Notes under the pieces: model-generated
Database searches by the model: none
Told to the model about the DNA's origin: nothing
The model's input: only the letters and a program-made list of their open reading frames with translations
Translations under genes and position numbers: made by a program
DNA from: a virus
Lineage: Duplodnaviria; Caudoviricetes
Virus record (IMG/VR): IMGVR_UViG_3300027956_000033
Coordinates: 1 to 27,701 of that record
Length of the DNA: 27,701 bases
Strand: one strand, 5' to 3'
Shown here: positions 17,306-25,800 of the stretch, one piece after another
Position numbering within the stretch: position 1 is the first letter of the stretch
How the letters are laid out: every line of letters begins with the position of its first letter

Positions 17306-17466
17306 CAGTCTTCCTCCGGGCACTCTTCGTGGCGCGGGTTGGCGTTGACGCAGTCGCCGCACACGGTGATGTCGCCGTCGCAGTTCGAGCACTCGACGGT
17401 GAAGCGGCGGGCAGTCTCCTGCCCACAGTTCTCACACGCGCGGAGCGTGTTCTCCAGGTAAGCCAT
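17305..17466 (-). CDS. Cys-rich putative double Zn-finger microprotein, 53 aa
   Basis: Missing from the ORF track; MAYLENTLRACENCGQETARRFTVECSNCDGDITVCGDCVNANPRHEECPEED; TAATG coupling. Confidence 0.7.
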   Translation of the reverse strand: MAYLENTLRACENCGQETARRFTVECSNCDGDITVCGDCVNANPRHEECPEED

Positions 17467-18464
17467 TAGTCGTCCTTTCCGAAGATCTCTTCGTATGTGC
17501 GGCTGTAGCCGCGGGCCTTAGCCTCAGCGAGGCTCACAGGTGGCTTCCATGCGGCTGACGGGGCCGCGGCTGGAGCGGGCGCCGTAGCGGCGACCAGGTC
17601 CAGCAGTTCGTCGGCGGATTCCTCCACGCCTGTCTCGGGGTCGATCTGCGCCGAAGGCGTCGGCGCGGCGCTGGCGGCGGTCGCTTGCGCGAGCCGCACG
17701 CTCATCGGGATGGCTTTCGCGCCCCACGGCAGACCGTACTTGTCGGCGCAGGTGGGGCCGTAGCCGGCGGTCAGGGACTCGCGGGTGTCCAGGTCGCGAC
17801 CGCAGATGAAACATTGCGAGCCTTCCTGGGCGAAGGCCAGACCAGCGATCAGCCACTCGTCCTGCCGCTCGGCGGCGTCCAGGATGTTGATGGCGTCGCG
17901 GACACGGTCGCGGAGGCCACCCTGCGCGGAGCGCCAGATGCGGAGGTCGCCTTGCGGGGCGATGTGCGCCACTCCCATCCACTCGTCCCCACCCGACCGT
18001 GTCGAGATGACACGCGAGCCTGCCAGCTTTGAGTCCTGGCCGGCCAGCTTGATGTACAGGGCGATCGACTCGCCATCGGGAAGGGTGATGCGGTAGCGCC
18101 CGTCGGGCACGATCGCCAGCGTGACGTGAATCTGCGGCGCTGCCGCGGCGGGGACGTTGCCAGCGTACGCGGGCTTTTGCGCCTTGGCCGCGAGGCGCCT
18201 GCGGGCGTCGGCCATCAGTACGTTCAGGACACCCTTGCTCTGACCGTCGGTCAGGAAGCCAGGAATCGCGACGCGATTCTGCATGTCGCGCATGAAGTCG
18301 TCGCCTTCGTCGCGGCACTGGTAGTTGGCGGCGTACAGGCTCGCGGCCTGACGGAGCTCGATCGTCATATCCGACGCCTCGAATTTGCGCCCAAGCGCGG
18401 CGCCAATTTTGAAGGCGGCGTTGAAGACGGAGCGGAGGTCGTCGCGGACTGGTGAGTTCTGCAT
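17466..18464 (-). CDS. DUF6011-like Zn-finger protein, 332 aa
   Basis: CFICGRDLDTRESLTAGYGPTC motif; ATG 18464 lies 7 nt after a -10 box. Confidence 0.75.
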   Translation of the reverse strand: MQNSPVRDDLRSVFNAAFKIGAALGRKFEASDMTIELRQAASLYAANYQCRDEGDDFMRDMQNRVAIPGFLTDGQSKGVLNVLMADARRRLAAKAQKPAYAGNVPAAAAPQIHVTLAIVPDGRYRITLPDGESIALYIKLAGQDSKLAGSRVISTRSGGDEWMGVAHIAPQGDLRIWRSAQGGLRDRVRDAINILDAAERQDEWLIAGLAFAQEGSQCFICGRDLDTRESLTAGYGPTCADKYGLPWGAKAIPMSVRLAQATAASAAPTPSAQIDPETGVEESADELLDLVAATAPAPAAAPSAAWKPPVSLAEAKARGYSRTYEEIFGKDD

Positions 18465-18522
18465 AGCACCTACTATAGGGCACCTACTGGAGGGGCTGTC
18501 AAGTTTCCCTCCAGTAAGTGCC
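18465..18522 (-). promoter_or_regulatory. Leaderless sigma70-like promoter with the -35 inside an inverted repeat
   Basis: TTGACA(18502-18497)-N19-TATAGT(18477-18472)-N7-ATG; IR 18479-18494/18507-18522 (15 of 16 positions match). Confidence 0.75.
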
Positions 18523-18526
18523 GGCA

Positions 18527-18712
18527 TTAGCGATTCGGCTCGTCGTCCGACTCGAGGACGGTGATCTCGCGCACCGCGGTCCAGCGCAGTGACAGATCGA
18601 TGGCCCACGCTTCTGCCTCTTCGTAGGTCGCGAAGCGGAGAGCGTTCTCCCCCCAGGGGGCGTCAGGTCGGTCGCCGCCGGTGCGGACGCCGACCTTGTA
18701 GCTGCGGCTCAT
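18527..18712 (-). CDS. Hypothetical protein, 61 aa
   Basis: W..NALRFAT.EEAE...DL..RW.AV motif; ATGA coupling. Confidence 0.75.
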   Translation of the reverse strand: MSRSYKVGVRTGGDRPDAPWGENALRFATYEEAEAWAIDLSLRWTAVREITVLESDDEPNR

Positions 18713-18981
18713 GACGGCAGCACCGCTTCCGGGTGCTCCTTGAGGTATGCCTCGAGCGCATCCTTCTCCGCGACCAGGGTCGCGCGGGCGGACTGCAGTG
18801 CCGCGATCATGGCGTCGATGTCGCGCACGCCGTACAGGTTCAGGACGGCGATGCGGCGCTGGTCGACCTGGATGTCGACACGCGCGAGGGCGATGTTCTG
18901 GACACCGACGAAGACGTCGGAGCGGACCTTAACCTCCCCGGTGAGGGGGAGGCGGGCCTGACGGCGGGATGTGATGGTCAT
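18709..18981 (-). CDS. Hypothetical protein, 90 aa
   Basis: SD CAGGAG before ATG 18981. Confidence 0.7.
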   Translation of the reverse strand: MTITSRRQARLPLTGEVKVRSDVFVGVQNIALARVDIQVDQRRIAVLNLYGVRDIDAMIAALQSARATLVAEKDALEAYLKEHPEAVLPS

Positions 18982-19196
18982 CGGGTGTAGCTCCTGGTGA
19001 GTGGGTCGTAGGCGTGCAGGAGAGGGCACCGCTCGGTAACGTGCTCCGGTCCTGGCGCGTGGTCGCAGCAGACGTAGTAGTCGGGATAGTTGCCCCAACC
19101 CTGGGCGCGACCGCCGCGGACACGGTGAGGGGCTGGCTGGCTGCACGCGGGGCCGTTACGTCCACCGAGCGGGACGGGGCAGGTTCGTTCTGTCAT
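18978..19196 (-). CDS. Cys/His-rich hypothetical protein, 72 aa
   Basis: ATG 7 nt downstream of the promoter -10; C..C..CCDH pattern. Confidence 0.6.
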   Translation of the reverse strand: MTERTCPVPLGGRNGPACSQPAPHRVRGGRAQGWGNYPDYYVCCDHAPGPEHVTERCPLLHAYDPLTRSYTR

Positions 19197-19247
19197 GCCG
19201 CCTACTGTAGCATGCCTACTCAAGGCGGTGTCAAGTCCGAGTAGGAT
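19197..19247 (-). promoter_or_regulatory. Leaderless sigma70-like promoter in the divergent control region
   Basis: TTGACA(19234-19229)-N19-TACAGT(19209-19204)-N7-ATG; IR CCTACTC(19215-19221)/GAGTAGG(19239-19245); possible rightward -10 TAGGAT 19242-19247. Confidence 0.75.
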
Positions 19248-19285
19248 GGTTGCAGCAGCCGACCTGGCCGGAGTAAGGTAACGGC

Positions 19286-19549
19286 ATGCCAACGAAAACC
19301 AGGCTCATTGAGCGGGCGTACGCTGCCTGGCTCAAGTACCGCCCCGGGCACGGCCCACCACCGACGTTCAGCGCGAGTACCGTCGAGGTTTACGACGGTC
19401 GCACGTATGTGTTCCTGCGCCGTGGGGACACGATCGTGGCCGTCTATCGCTACGTACCCGCAACCGCGAATACACGCGACACGTTGAAGCCGCTCGAGCG
19501 GTACTGGCCGGGCCCGTACGGACGGCGCCGCGCCGCGACCGCGGCATGA
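19286..19549 (+). CDS. Hypothetical protein, 87 aa
   Basis: SD-like GGAGTAAGG; first gene of the rightward operon. Confidence 0.7.
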   Translation: MPTKTRLIERAYAAWLKYRPGHGPPPTFSASTVEVYDGRTYVFLRRGDTIVAVYRYVPATANTRDTLKPLERYWPGPYGRRRAATAA

Positions 19550-19902
19550 GCGATCGCGACACTCGCCGCCCATCGGAGGCGGAGAACAATGCGTGGTTTG
19601 CGTACCGCGCGATCGCGAAGAAACAGGGACGCGAAGCCGATGAAGTCGCGTTCCGTACCGGCTGGCGGCAGGGCTGCGGGTTCACCTTCGGGGCGACCAG
19701 CAAGCTGTCGCCGGCGATTGACGCATTCGTGGCGTGGATGGACTACGTGACGTCTTGGAGCGCGCCACTCCCACCACCCCCAGGAGAACAGGAGGTCGAA
19801 GATCCCGGTCCAGCGGGCAGTTACATGACGACGGCGCACATGGACGGCGCCGACACATTGGGCACAGTAGCTAGGAAGCCTACCCAGGCAGGAGCTCAGT
19901 AA
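19546..19902 (+). CDS. Hypothetical protein, 118 aa
   Basis: ATGA and TAATG coupling. Confidence 0.6.
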   Translation: MSDRDTRRPSEAENNAWFAYRAIAKKQGREADEVAFRTGWRQGCGFTFGATSKLSPAIDAFVAWMDYVTSWSAPLPPPPGEQEVEDPGPAGSYMTTAHMDGADTLGTVARKPTQAGAQ

Positions 19903-20555
19903 TGCCAATCCGCATGAACAAGCCGGGCGAGAGCTCGTTCGGCATCAACATCGAAGACACCTTCGACCCGAACGACGATCACACGGTCGAACTGGTCGAC
20001 ATGGACGAGTTCCAGGGTGTCAGCAAGATTGACGGCAAGCCGTACACCAGCATCGTCTGGAAGTTCGCCATCTACGACACCGACGGCATCGCGTTCACCA
20101 ACCTGATCGACGGTGGCGTGTTCGAGACGTGGCAGTTCTCGAGCCTGAGCCTGAGCGAGAAGTCGCAGGGTCGGGCGTGGGCGGCGGCGCTGCTCGGCAA
20201 GCCGTCGCTGACCGACGCTGAATGCGACGCGATCGCGGAGGCGTTCGACAGTGCGCTGGTCGGCAAGCAGGCGACGGCGTCCTGGAAGGTCGAGGACGTC
20301 AACGGCAACAAGCGGCTCAAGCTGGCGCTGCTGCGTCCGCTGCGCCGTCAACGTCCTGCTCCGCCGTCTACGGCACCGAAGCCGAAGCCTGCGCCGGAAG
20401 CGCCACCGGAATTCGTCACGCCGAATCCTCCGCCGCGGTCGATGCCGACGGCGAACGGCGCTCGAGAAACGGCAGCGGAGCGCCGTGCTCGGCTCCAGGC
20501 GGAGCTCGCGGCGATGCCCGAGGACGACGCCGATGCCGAACCCTTCAACGACTGA
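19902..20555 (+). CDS. Putative ssDNA-binding protein (OB-fold type), 217 aa
   Basis: SD AGGAG; beta-rich core, Pro-rich linker, acidic C-terminal tail DDADAEPFND; replication context. Confidence 0.6.
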   Translation: MPIRMNKPGESSFGINIEDTFDPNDDHTVELVDMDEFQGVSKIDGKPYTSIVWKFAIYDTDGIAFTNLIDGGVFETWQFSSLSLSEKSQGRAWAAALLGKPSLTDAECDAIAEAFDSALVGKQATASWKVEDVNGNKRLKLALLRPLRRQRPAPPSTAPKPKPAPEAPPEFVTPNPPPRSMPTANGARETAAERRARLQAELAAMPEDDADAEPFND

Positions 20556-21540
20556 GATCGTGCTGGCCGGGGAGACGGGAGTCTCCCTGGCTCAGCCAGA
20601 CCAGCGTGTCCTGTACCTGATCCAGGAGTTCGCGTCGGCGTGGAAACGCACGCTCGAGCTCTCGATCGACCTGGGCGAAGCCCTGATCGACCTGAAGGCT
20701 ACGCTGCCGCACGGTCAGTTCGGTCCCTGGCTCGAGCAGCACGCGCCGTTCACCGAGCGGCACGCGCGTCGGTTCATGGATCTGTGGGCAAATCGGACAT
20801 TAGTGTCCGAATTGCCGTCGGATACGGGCGTGACCGCAGCGATGCGGTGGGTTCAGGCGCAGCGTCGGACGCCGCGGCCTACGCCCGAGCATGAGCCCGA
20901 TATAGACGGCGTCGACGCAGAGGCCACCAGGGAGCCGCTGTTGCGGTTCTGGCTTCCTGGAGCCCCGACGCACGTCATCGTCAATCAGATGCTGCTGACG
21001 TTCTTCCCTGATGCCTCAACGGCGTTGGACGTGACTTATGGCTCCGGTAACTTCTGGAGTCAAACGACGCATCTCGCGGTCACCGGCCACGATCTGGACG
21101 AATACTGTGCGCCGGACGGTGTGATGGACTTCACCGATCTGAAGTACGACGACGCCAGCTTCGACGTGGTGCTGTTCGATCCGCCGCACATAGCCGACGG
21201 CGGAGACGACTCGGTGATGGCGACCAGGTTCAGCACGGTCGCGACGCAAACGGCGCTCGATGAGCTCATCCTGCAGGGCACGCGCGAGGCGTGGCGGGTG
21301 TGCGACAAGGGCATCATCGTCAAGGTGACGAACCACGTCCACGGTCGGCTCTTTCAGAACGAGGTCGACCTGGTAGCGGAGGCGCTCGGCTGGAACCAGC
21401 CGCTGTACGACCAGGTGCATCAGGTCCGCGACCATGCGTTCATCGATCCGTCCTGGGGCGAGCAGATGAGCGCGTACAACAACGGCTCGACGTTCCTGGT
21501 CTACCGTAAGGGATCGCAGATCCACGGCAGGAGGGGCTGA
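20533..21540 (+). CDS. DUF3102-like domain fused to an amino-DNA methyltransferase, 335 aa
   Basis: LGEALIDLKATLPHGQFGPWL...ARRFM (DUF3102-like); LDVTYGSGNFW (SAM-binding) and FDVVLFDPPH (DPPY-like). Confidence 0.8.
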   Translation: MPNPSTTEIVLAGETGVSLAQPDQRVLYLIQEFASAWKRTLELSIDLGEALIDLKATLPHGQFGPWLEQHAPFTERHARRFMDLWANRTLVSELPSDTGVTAAMRWVQAQRRTPRPTPEHEPDIDGVDAEATREPLLRFWLPGAPTHVIVNQMLLTFFPDASTALDVTYGSGNFWSQTTHLAVTGHDLDEYCAPDGVMDFTDLKYDDASFDVVLFDPPHIADGGDDSVMATRFSTVATQTALDELILQGTREAWRVCDKGIIVKVTNHVHGRLFQNEVDLVAEALGWNQPLYDQVHQVRDHAFIDPSWGEQMSAYNNGSTFLVYRKGSQIHGRRG

Positions 21541-21734
21541 TGATCACGGACGTACAGGTGTCGCGTGCGCTGGAGCGCATGCCGATCGAGATGATGGCGC
21601 TGTTCGAGACGATGCCGGAGGACTTCCAGAGGGCGTACCTGGCGTATTGGGAAGGACGACCTGATCCGCACGGCGCGCATCGTGACACGCTGCCCGCCTT
21701 TGTGGCTGGTGTGTTCACCGGACTGCGTCGCTGA
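21540..21734 (+). CDS. Hypothetical protein, 64 aa
   Basis: SD AGGAGG; TGATG coupling at both ends. Confidence 0.65.
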   Translation: MITDVQVSRALERMPIEMMALFETMPEDFQRAYLAYWEGRPDPHGAHRDTLPAFVAGVFTGLRR

Positions 21735-22219
21735 TGGCGATCGTGCTGGTTGCGGTTATGGCGCTAGCGCAGGTGATCTCAGACGGAGCGGAGTCGTATG
21801 AGTGGGCGCCGCCGGCGCTGCCGATTCCGGAAGAAACGGTCACGCTGGCCGACGAGGTTGGGTTGGATGCCGTTCAGCTACACGGTGCCGTAATGACCAC
21901 CAGGAGCACGCCACGCACGTACCTGGAGCATGAAGGGCTCCTGAAGCCTCCACTGCGGGCGATAGCTCCTGCGGGGCCGTCCTGGGGGCTGTGGGATCGA
22001 TTGGCCCAATGCGAGAGCGGCGGCAATTGGGCGTCGAACAGCAACCCGCGCTACAAGGGCGGATTGCAGTTCGATGCGCCGACCTGGCGCAGCTACGGCG
22101 GGCTGCAGTACGCGCCGAGCGCACATCTGGCGACGAAGGCCGAGCAGATCGCCGTCGCAGAGCGACTCCGCGCCGCACGCGGACTGCAGCCGTGGCCGGT
22201 GTGCGGTCGGCGTGTTTGA
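21734..22219 (+). CDS. rpf: Resuscitation-promoting factor (Rpf)-like lytic transglycosylase, 161 aa
   Basis: WDRLAQCESGGNW...YKGGLQFDAPTWRSYGG..YAPSAHLATKAEQIAVAERL....GLQPWPVCG; hydrophobic N-terminus. Confidence 0.9.
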   Translation: MAIVLVAVMALAQVISDGAESYEWAPPALPIPEETVTLADEVGLDAVQLHGAVMTTRSTPRTYLEHEGLLKPPLRAIAPAGPSWGLWDRLAQCESGGNWASNSNPRYKGGLQFDAPTWRSYGGLQYAPSAHLATKAEQIAVAERLRAARGLQPWPVCGRRV

Positions 22220-22379
22220 ACCGGGACCGGTTATCTACATCGAGATTCCGTTGTTCGAGTTTGAGCGTCTGCACGCTGAGATCCGCGAATTGACGTCCCT
22301 GGTGCATCGCTTCGCAGAAGAGAACGCTCGCCTGCGCGCGGAGAACGAACGGCTCAGCCGTGCGCTCAGTCACTCGTAA
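22212..22379 (+). CDS. Small coiled-coil protein, 55 aa
   Basis: GTG overlaps the rpf end; EENARLRAENERL heptads. Confidence 0.55.
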   Translation: MFEPGPVIYIEIPLFEFERLHAEIRELTSLVHRFAEENARLRAENERLSRALSHS

Positions 22380-22764
22380 CGGGGCGCGCTCCGCGCCGCG
22401 GCGTGGTCCGCCGGCGACGATCAAGCTCGGCGTATCCGAGACGCAGTTCCAGGAGCGCGTCAAGAAGCTGGCGCGCATGTACGGCTGGTGCGGCTGGCAC
22501 GTTAGTTTCTCGCACGGTGCCGTGACCGGCGCGCATACGCTCGGCCTGGGCGACGACCACTACGACTCGAACGGCATGCCGGACTGGATCTTCTGGAAGC
22601 CCGGCAGGCACGTTCTGTTCCGGGAGCTCAAGGCCAAAGGCAAGTATCTGAGTGTCGACCAGCGTCGGTGTCACGCGTCGTTGCGAGCCGCCGGTTGTGA
22701 CGTGGACGTGTGGCGACCAGGTGACGAAGACAAGGTGATCGCGACCTTCAGCGGTGTAACGTAG
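22360..22764 (+). CDS. VRR-NUC family nuclease, 134 aa
   Basis: SETQFQ..V, GMPDW, FRELKAKGKYLSVDQ, VWRP motifs. Confidence 0.85.
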   Translation: MRSVTRNGARSAPRRGPPATIKLGVSETQFQERVKKLARMYGWCGWHVSFSHGAVTGAHTLGLGDDHYDSNGMPDWIFWKPGRHVLFRELKAKGKYLSVDQRRCHASLRAAGCDVDVWRPGDEDKVIATFSGVT

Positions 22765-22779
22765 CCGCAACAAAACGAG

Positions 22780-22820
22780 AAACGCCGCCCCTGTTTCTTG
22801 ACCAACCAGGGCGGCGTTTT
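22780..22820 (+). terminator. GC-rich hairpin with T-tract; possible terminator/attenuator upstream of the replicase
   Basis: AAACGCCGCCC(22780-22790)/GGGCGGCGTTT(22809-22819)T. Confidence 0.55.
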
Positions 22821-22854
22821 CGGAAAGGACTCTGGCCCCGAGGGGCTTAGTCAC

Positions 22855-25800
22855 ATGAATACTACTACGACCGTTGTGGTGTCGTTCTTCCGTAACGAGA
22901 CGGACGTTCGGCCCCAACCGCAAACGTTCACAATCGAAGAGCTTTTCGAGCTCCTGACGAAGCATCAGCCGCGGACGCATAAACGCCGCGGCATGTTGTG
23001 GTCGCCGTTCCTGTTCAACGGTGCGCGCAAGGGCGAGAACCTGATTGAGAGCACGCTGCTCGCCTTCGACATCGATGACGGCACGTCACCCGAGCAGGTG
23101 GAGGAATGGCTCGAGGGACGCAGCTACTTCCTGGCGTCGACGCACTCGAGCACGCCCGAGCACTGGAAGCTGCGCGTCGGGCTGGTCCTGACCGAGCCGA
23201 TCCCCGCGGCGGACTTCGCGAGCGTGTGGCATTCCGCGGTCGCGGAGCTCCTGCACGGCCACGTCGATCCGTCGACGCACGATCTGGCGCGCATGTTCTA
23301 CCTGCCGACGGCGCCACCAGGCGCGGAGCCATACGCCGAGATCGCCTGGGGCGAGCCGCTGGACTGGCGATCGTTGCCACGGTGGGAGCCGCCCGAGCGA
23401 CCAGCGTTGCCCGACCTGGACGGCATCGAGGGGCTGGACGCTGGTGTCGAGCGTCGACGGGCGAAGCCGATGCTTCAGAAGTGGTGCCTGGACGTAGCGA
23501 ACGCGACCCCAGGCGAGCGGCATGAAGCGATCCTGAGGCTCGGACGGGCCGCGGGCGGGCTGGTCGGGTCAGGCGCGCTGGCGTACGAAGAGGCGTATGC
23601 CGAGTTCCTGGACGCTGCGGAGGCGTGCGGCGAGGTCGCTGACCACGGTCTGCGGGACGTCGACCGCGCGATCCGTGGCGCGCTGCAATACGGCATGGAC
23701 GAACCCTGGACGCCGGCACAGTTGGGTGACAGCGACGACTGGCTGACGGCGCCGAAAATCAAGCTCACCGGATCATCTGTTCCTGTTCCGCCTATGGGGA
23801 TGGGAACAGGGAACAGATCGAGTGCTCGAGGGCAACCCCCGGAGGGGGTTGGAATTTTGGACCCCATCAAGTGGCGTTCCCACCGTCAGACCGTGGATCT
23901 GCTGCCGCCCGACATCGACTGGTTCATCGACGGCATCCTGGGCCGCGGGCTGATCACCGAGCTCGTCGCCAAGGTGAAGATGGGTAAGACGACCTTCATG
24001 CTGCAGGGCATCCGCGCCGGTATCGCCGGCGATGACGAATACTGCGGTCGCGCGGTACATGGCCCGCTGCGCGCGGCGTACGTCACCGAAGAGGGCTGGC
24101 AGACCTTCCAGATCGCGATGATGCGTTACGGGCTGAACGACCTGGTCGACAACGACGCGTTCTTCACGGTCTTCGATTTCGAGACGGAAGACGTCGACGC
24201 TAAGAAGCCGAACCTGCCGTTCGTCATCGACTCGCTGATCCGCCACGCAACCGAAGACAATGTCGACGTCGTCATCCTGGACACGCTGAGCATCATCGCC
24301 AGCCTGGACGAGGAAGACCACTCGGGGCGGGCCGCGGGCGTCATGGCGGAGGTACGGCGTCTGTCGACCGCAGGCTTCGCCGTCGGCATCCTGCGCCACA
24401 GTCGAAAGAGCGGCGGCGACGTGGGTGACGCTGGTCGCGGCTCGTCCGCGATCTCTGGCTACTGCGACATCCTGCTGCAGATCGAGCCGTTCAAGGGTGA
24501 CGAGGACGCGACCAGCGCGCGGGTGATGCGGACCAAGTCACGGCTCGGCGTGTACGAGCCGCTGATGCTCGAGTTCGACAAGGCGACCGAGCGGTATTCG
24601 AGCAACGGCGCGGTCCAGTCCAGCCAGGAGCGGCTCGAAGCCGCGGTAATGAAGGCGCTGGCCGACCTGAACGCGACCAGTGAAGAGCAGGGCAAGACGT
24701 CGCTGGAGGTCACGGCGAAGAGCGGCAAGCGCAAGCAGGCGGTGACCGACATGCTCAAGACGCTGGTTGCCGAAGGCAAGGTGGCGTCGGCGTTCCGCGG
24801 CAGAACGGTTATCTATTGGCTCAAGCTGGTCATTCACCTGACGCATGAGGCGGCGGAAGAATCTGTTCCCGGAACTGCGGAACAGCCGGAACAGGTTGTA
24901 CAGGAGCCGCCGCGAAACCCCCTTACGGGGGTTTCGGTTGAAACGCTATCTGTTCCCGAAAATCTTCTCCCGGAGGGAGAGAAACGGGAACAGATAACCA
25001 AGCGAAAGGCGCCGACGGCGGAGGCGATCGCCAAAGCCGCGGAAAAGAAGGCGGCGCTGGAGCTCGCGCGGCTCGAGGCGGCAGACGCCGCGGCGCCGAC
25101 GCTGGAGTACCTGACGGTGCTGACCGACCAGGATCTCGTCGCGGCGATCGCGCGGCTCAACACGGTCGCATGCGCGCTGGACACAGAGACGACGGGCTTG
25201 AACGCGAAGCGCGACAAGTTGCGGACGATCAACCTGTCCGACGGGCAGACGCATGTCGTCATCGACGCCTGGGGCATCACCGACTGGACGCTGCTGCAGT
25301 CCTACCTGGACCAGGTCGGCACGGTCAGCATGCACACGTACCTGTTCGACCTGGCGTTCCTGGATGTGATCGGCATCAGGGTTAATCCCGACAAGGTGTA
25401 TGACGTCCGCACCGCGGCAATGGTCCTGGAGTCGAAGGAAGACTGGACGGATTACCGTCTGCAGGGCATCGCCAAGCGTCACCTGGCCGAGCACGTCTCG
25501 AAGGCCGAGCAGAAGCGGGGGTGGGACGCGCCGGTGTTGCGCCACGCCAAGCTGGCGTACGCCGCGGAGGACGCGCGGGTGACGCATGCCGCGGCGATCG
25601 CCGTCGCATCCAAGCTCCAGCAGGACGCCGACGTCGACGGGCTGTGGACGTGCCTGGCGCTCGAGCGTGACGTCCAGGCAGCGACCTGGTGGCTTGCCTC
25701 CGCGGGAGCGCCCGCCGATCGCGACGTCATGCGCGAAGCCGTGGCGGAACAGGAGGCGAAGCTGGCCGAGCATCTCGAGATTCTGAATGCGACCGCTGGC

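Noticed and set aside
10394-20532. Extended ORF-track starts (10394, 13108, 13325, 14296, 15007, 15974, 18608, 20251)
   Set aside because: They overlap real upstream genes or promoters; downstream starts with SD, stop-start coupling or leaderless geometry fit better
22798-22830. TTGACC in the hairpin loop as a third caged -35, or TTG 22798 as the replicase start
   Set aside because: No TANNNT at 17-19 nt spacing; ATG 22855 with upstream GAGGGG is the better start
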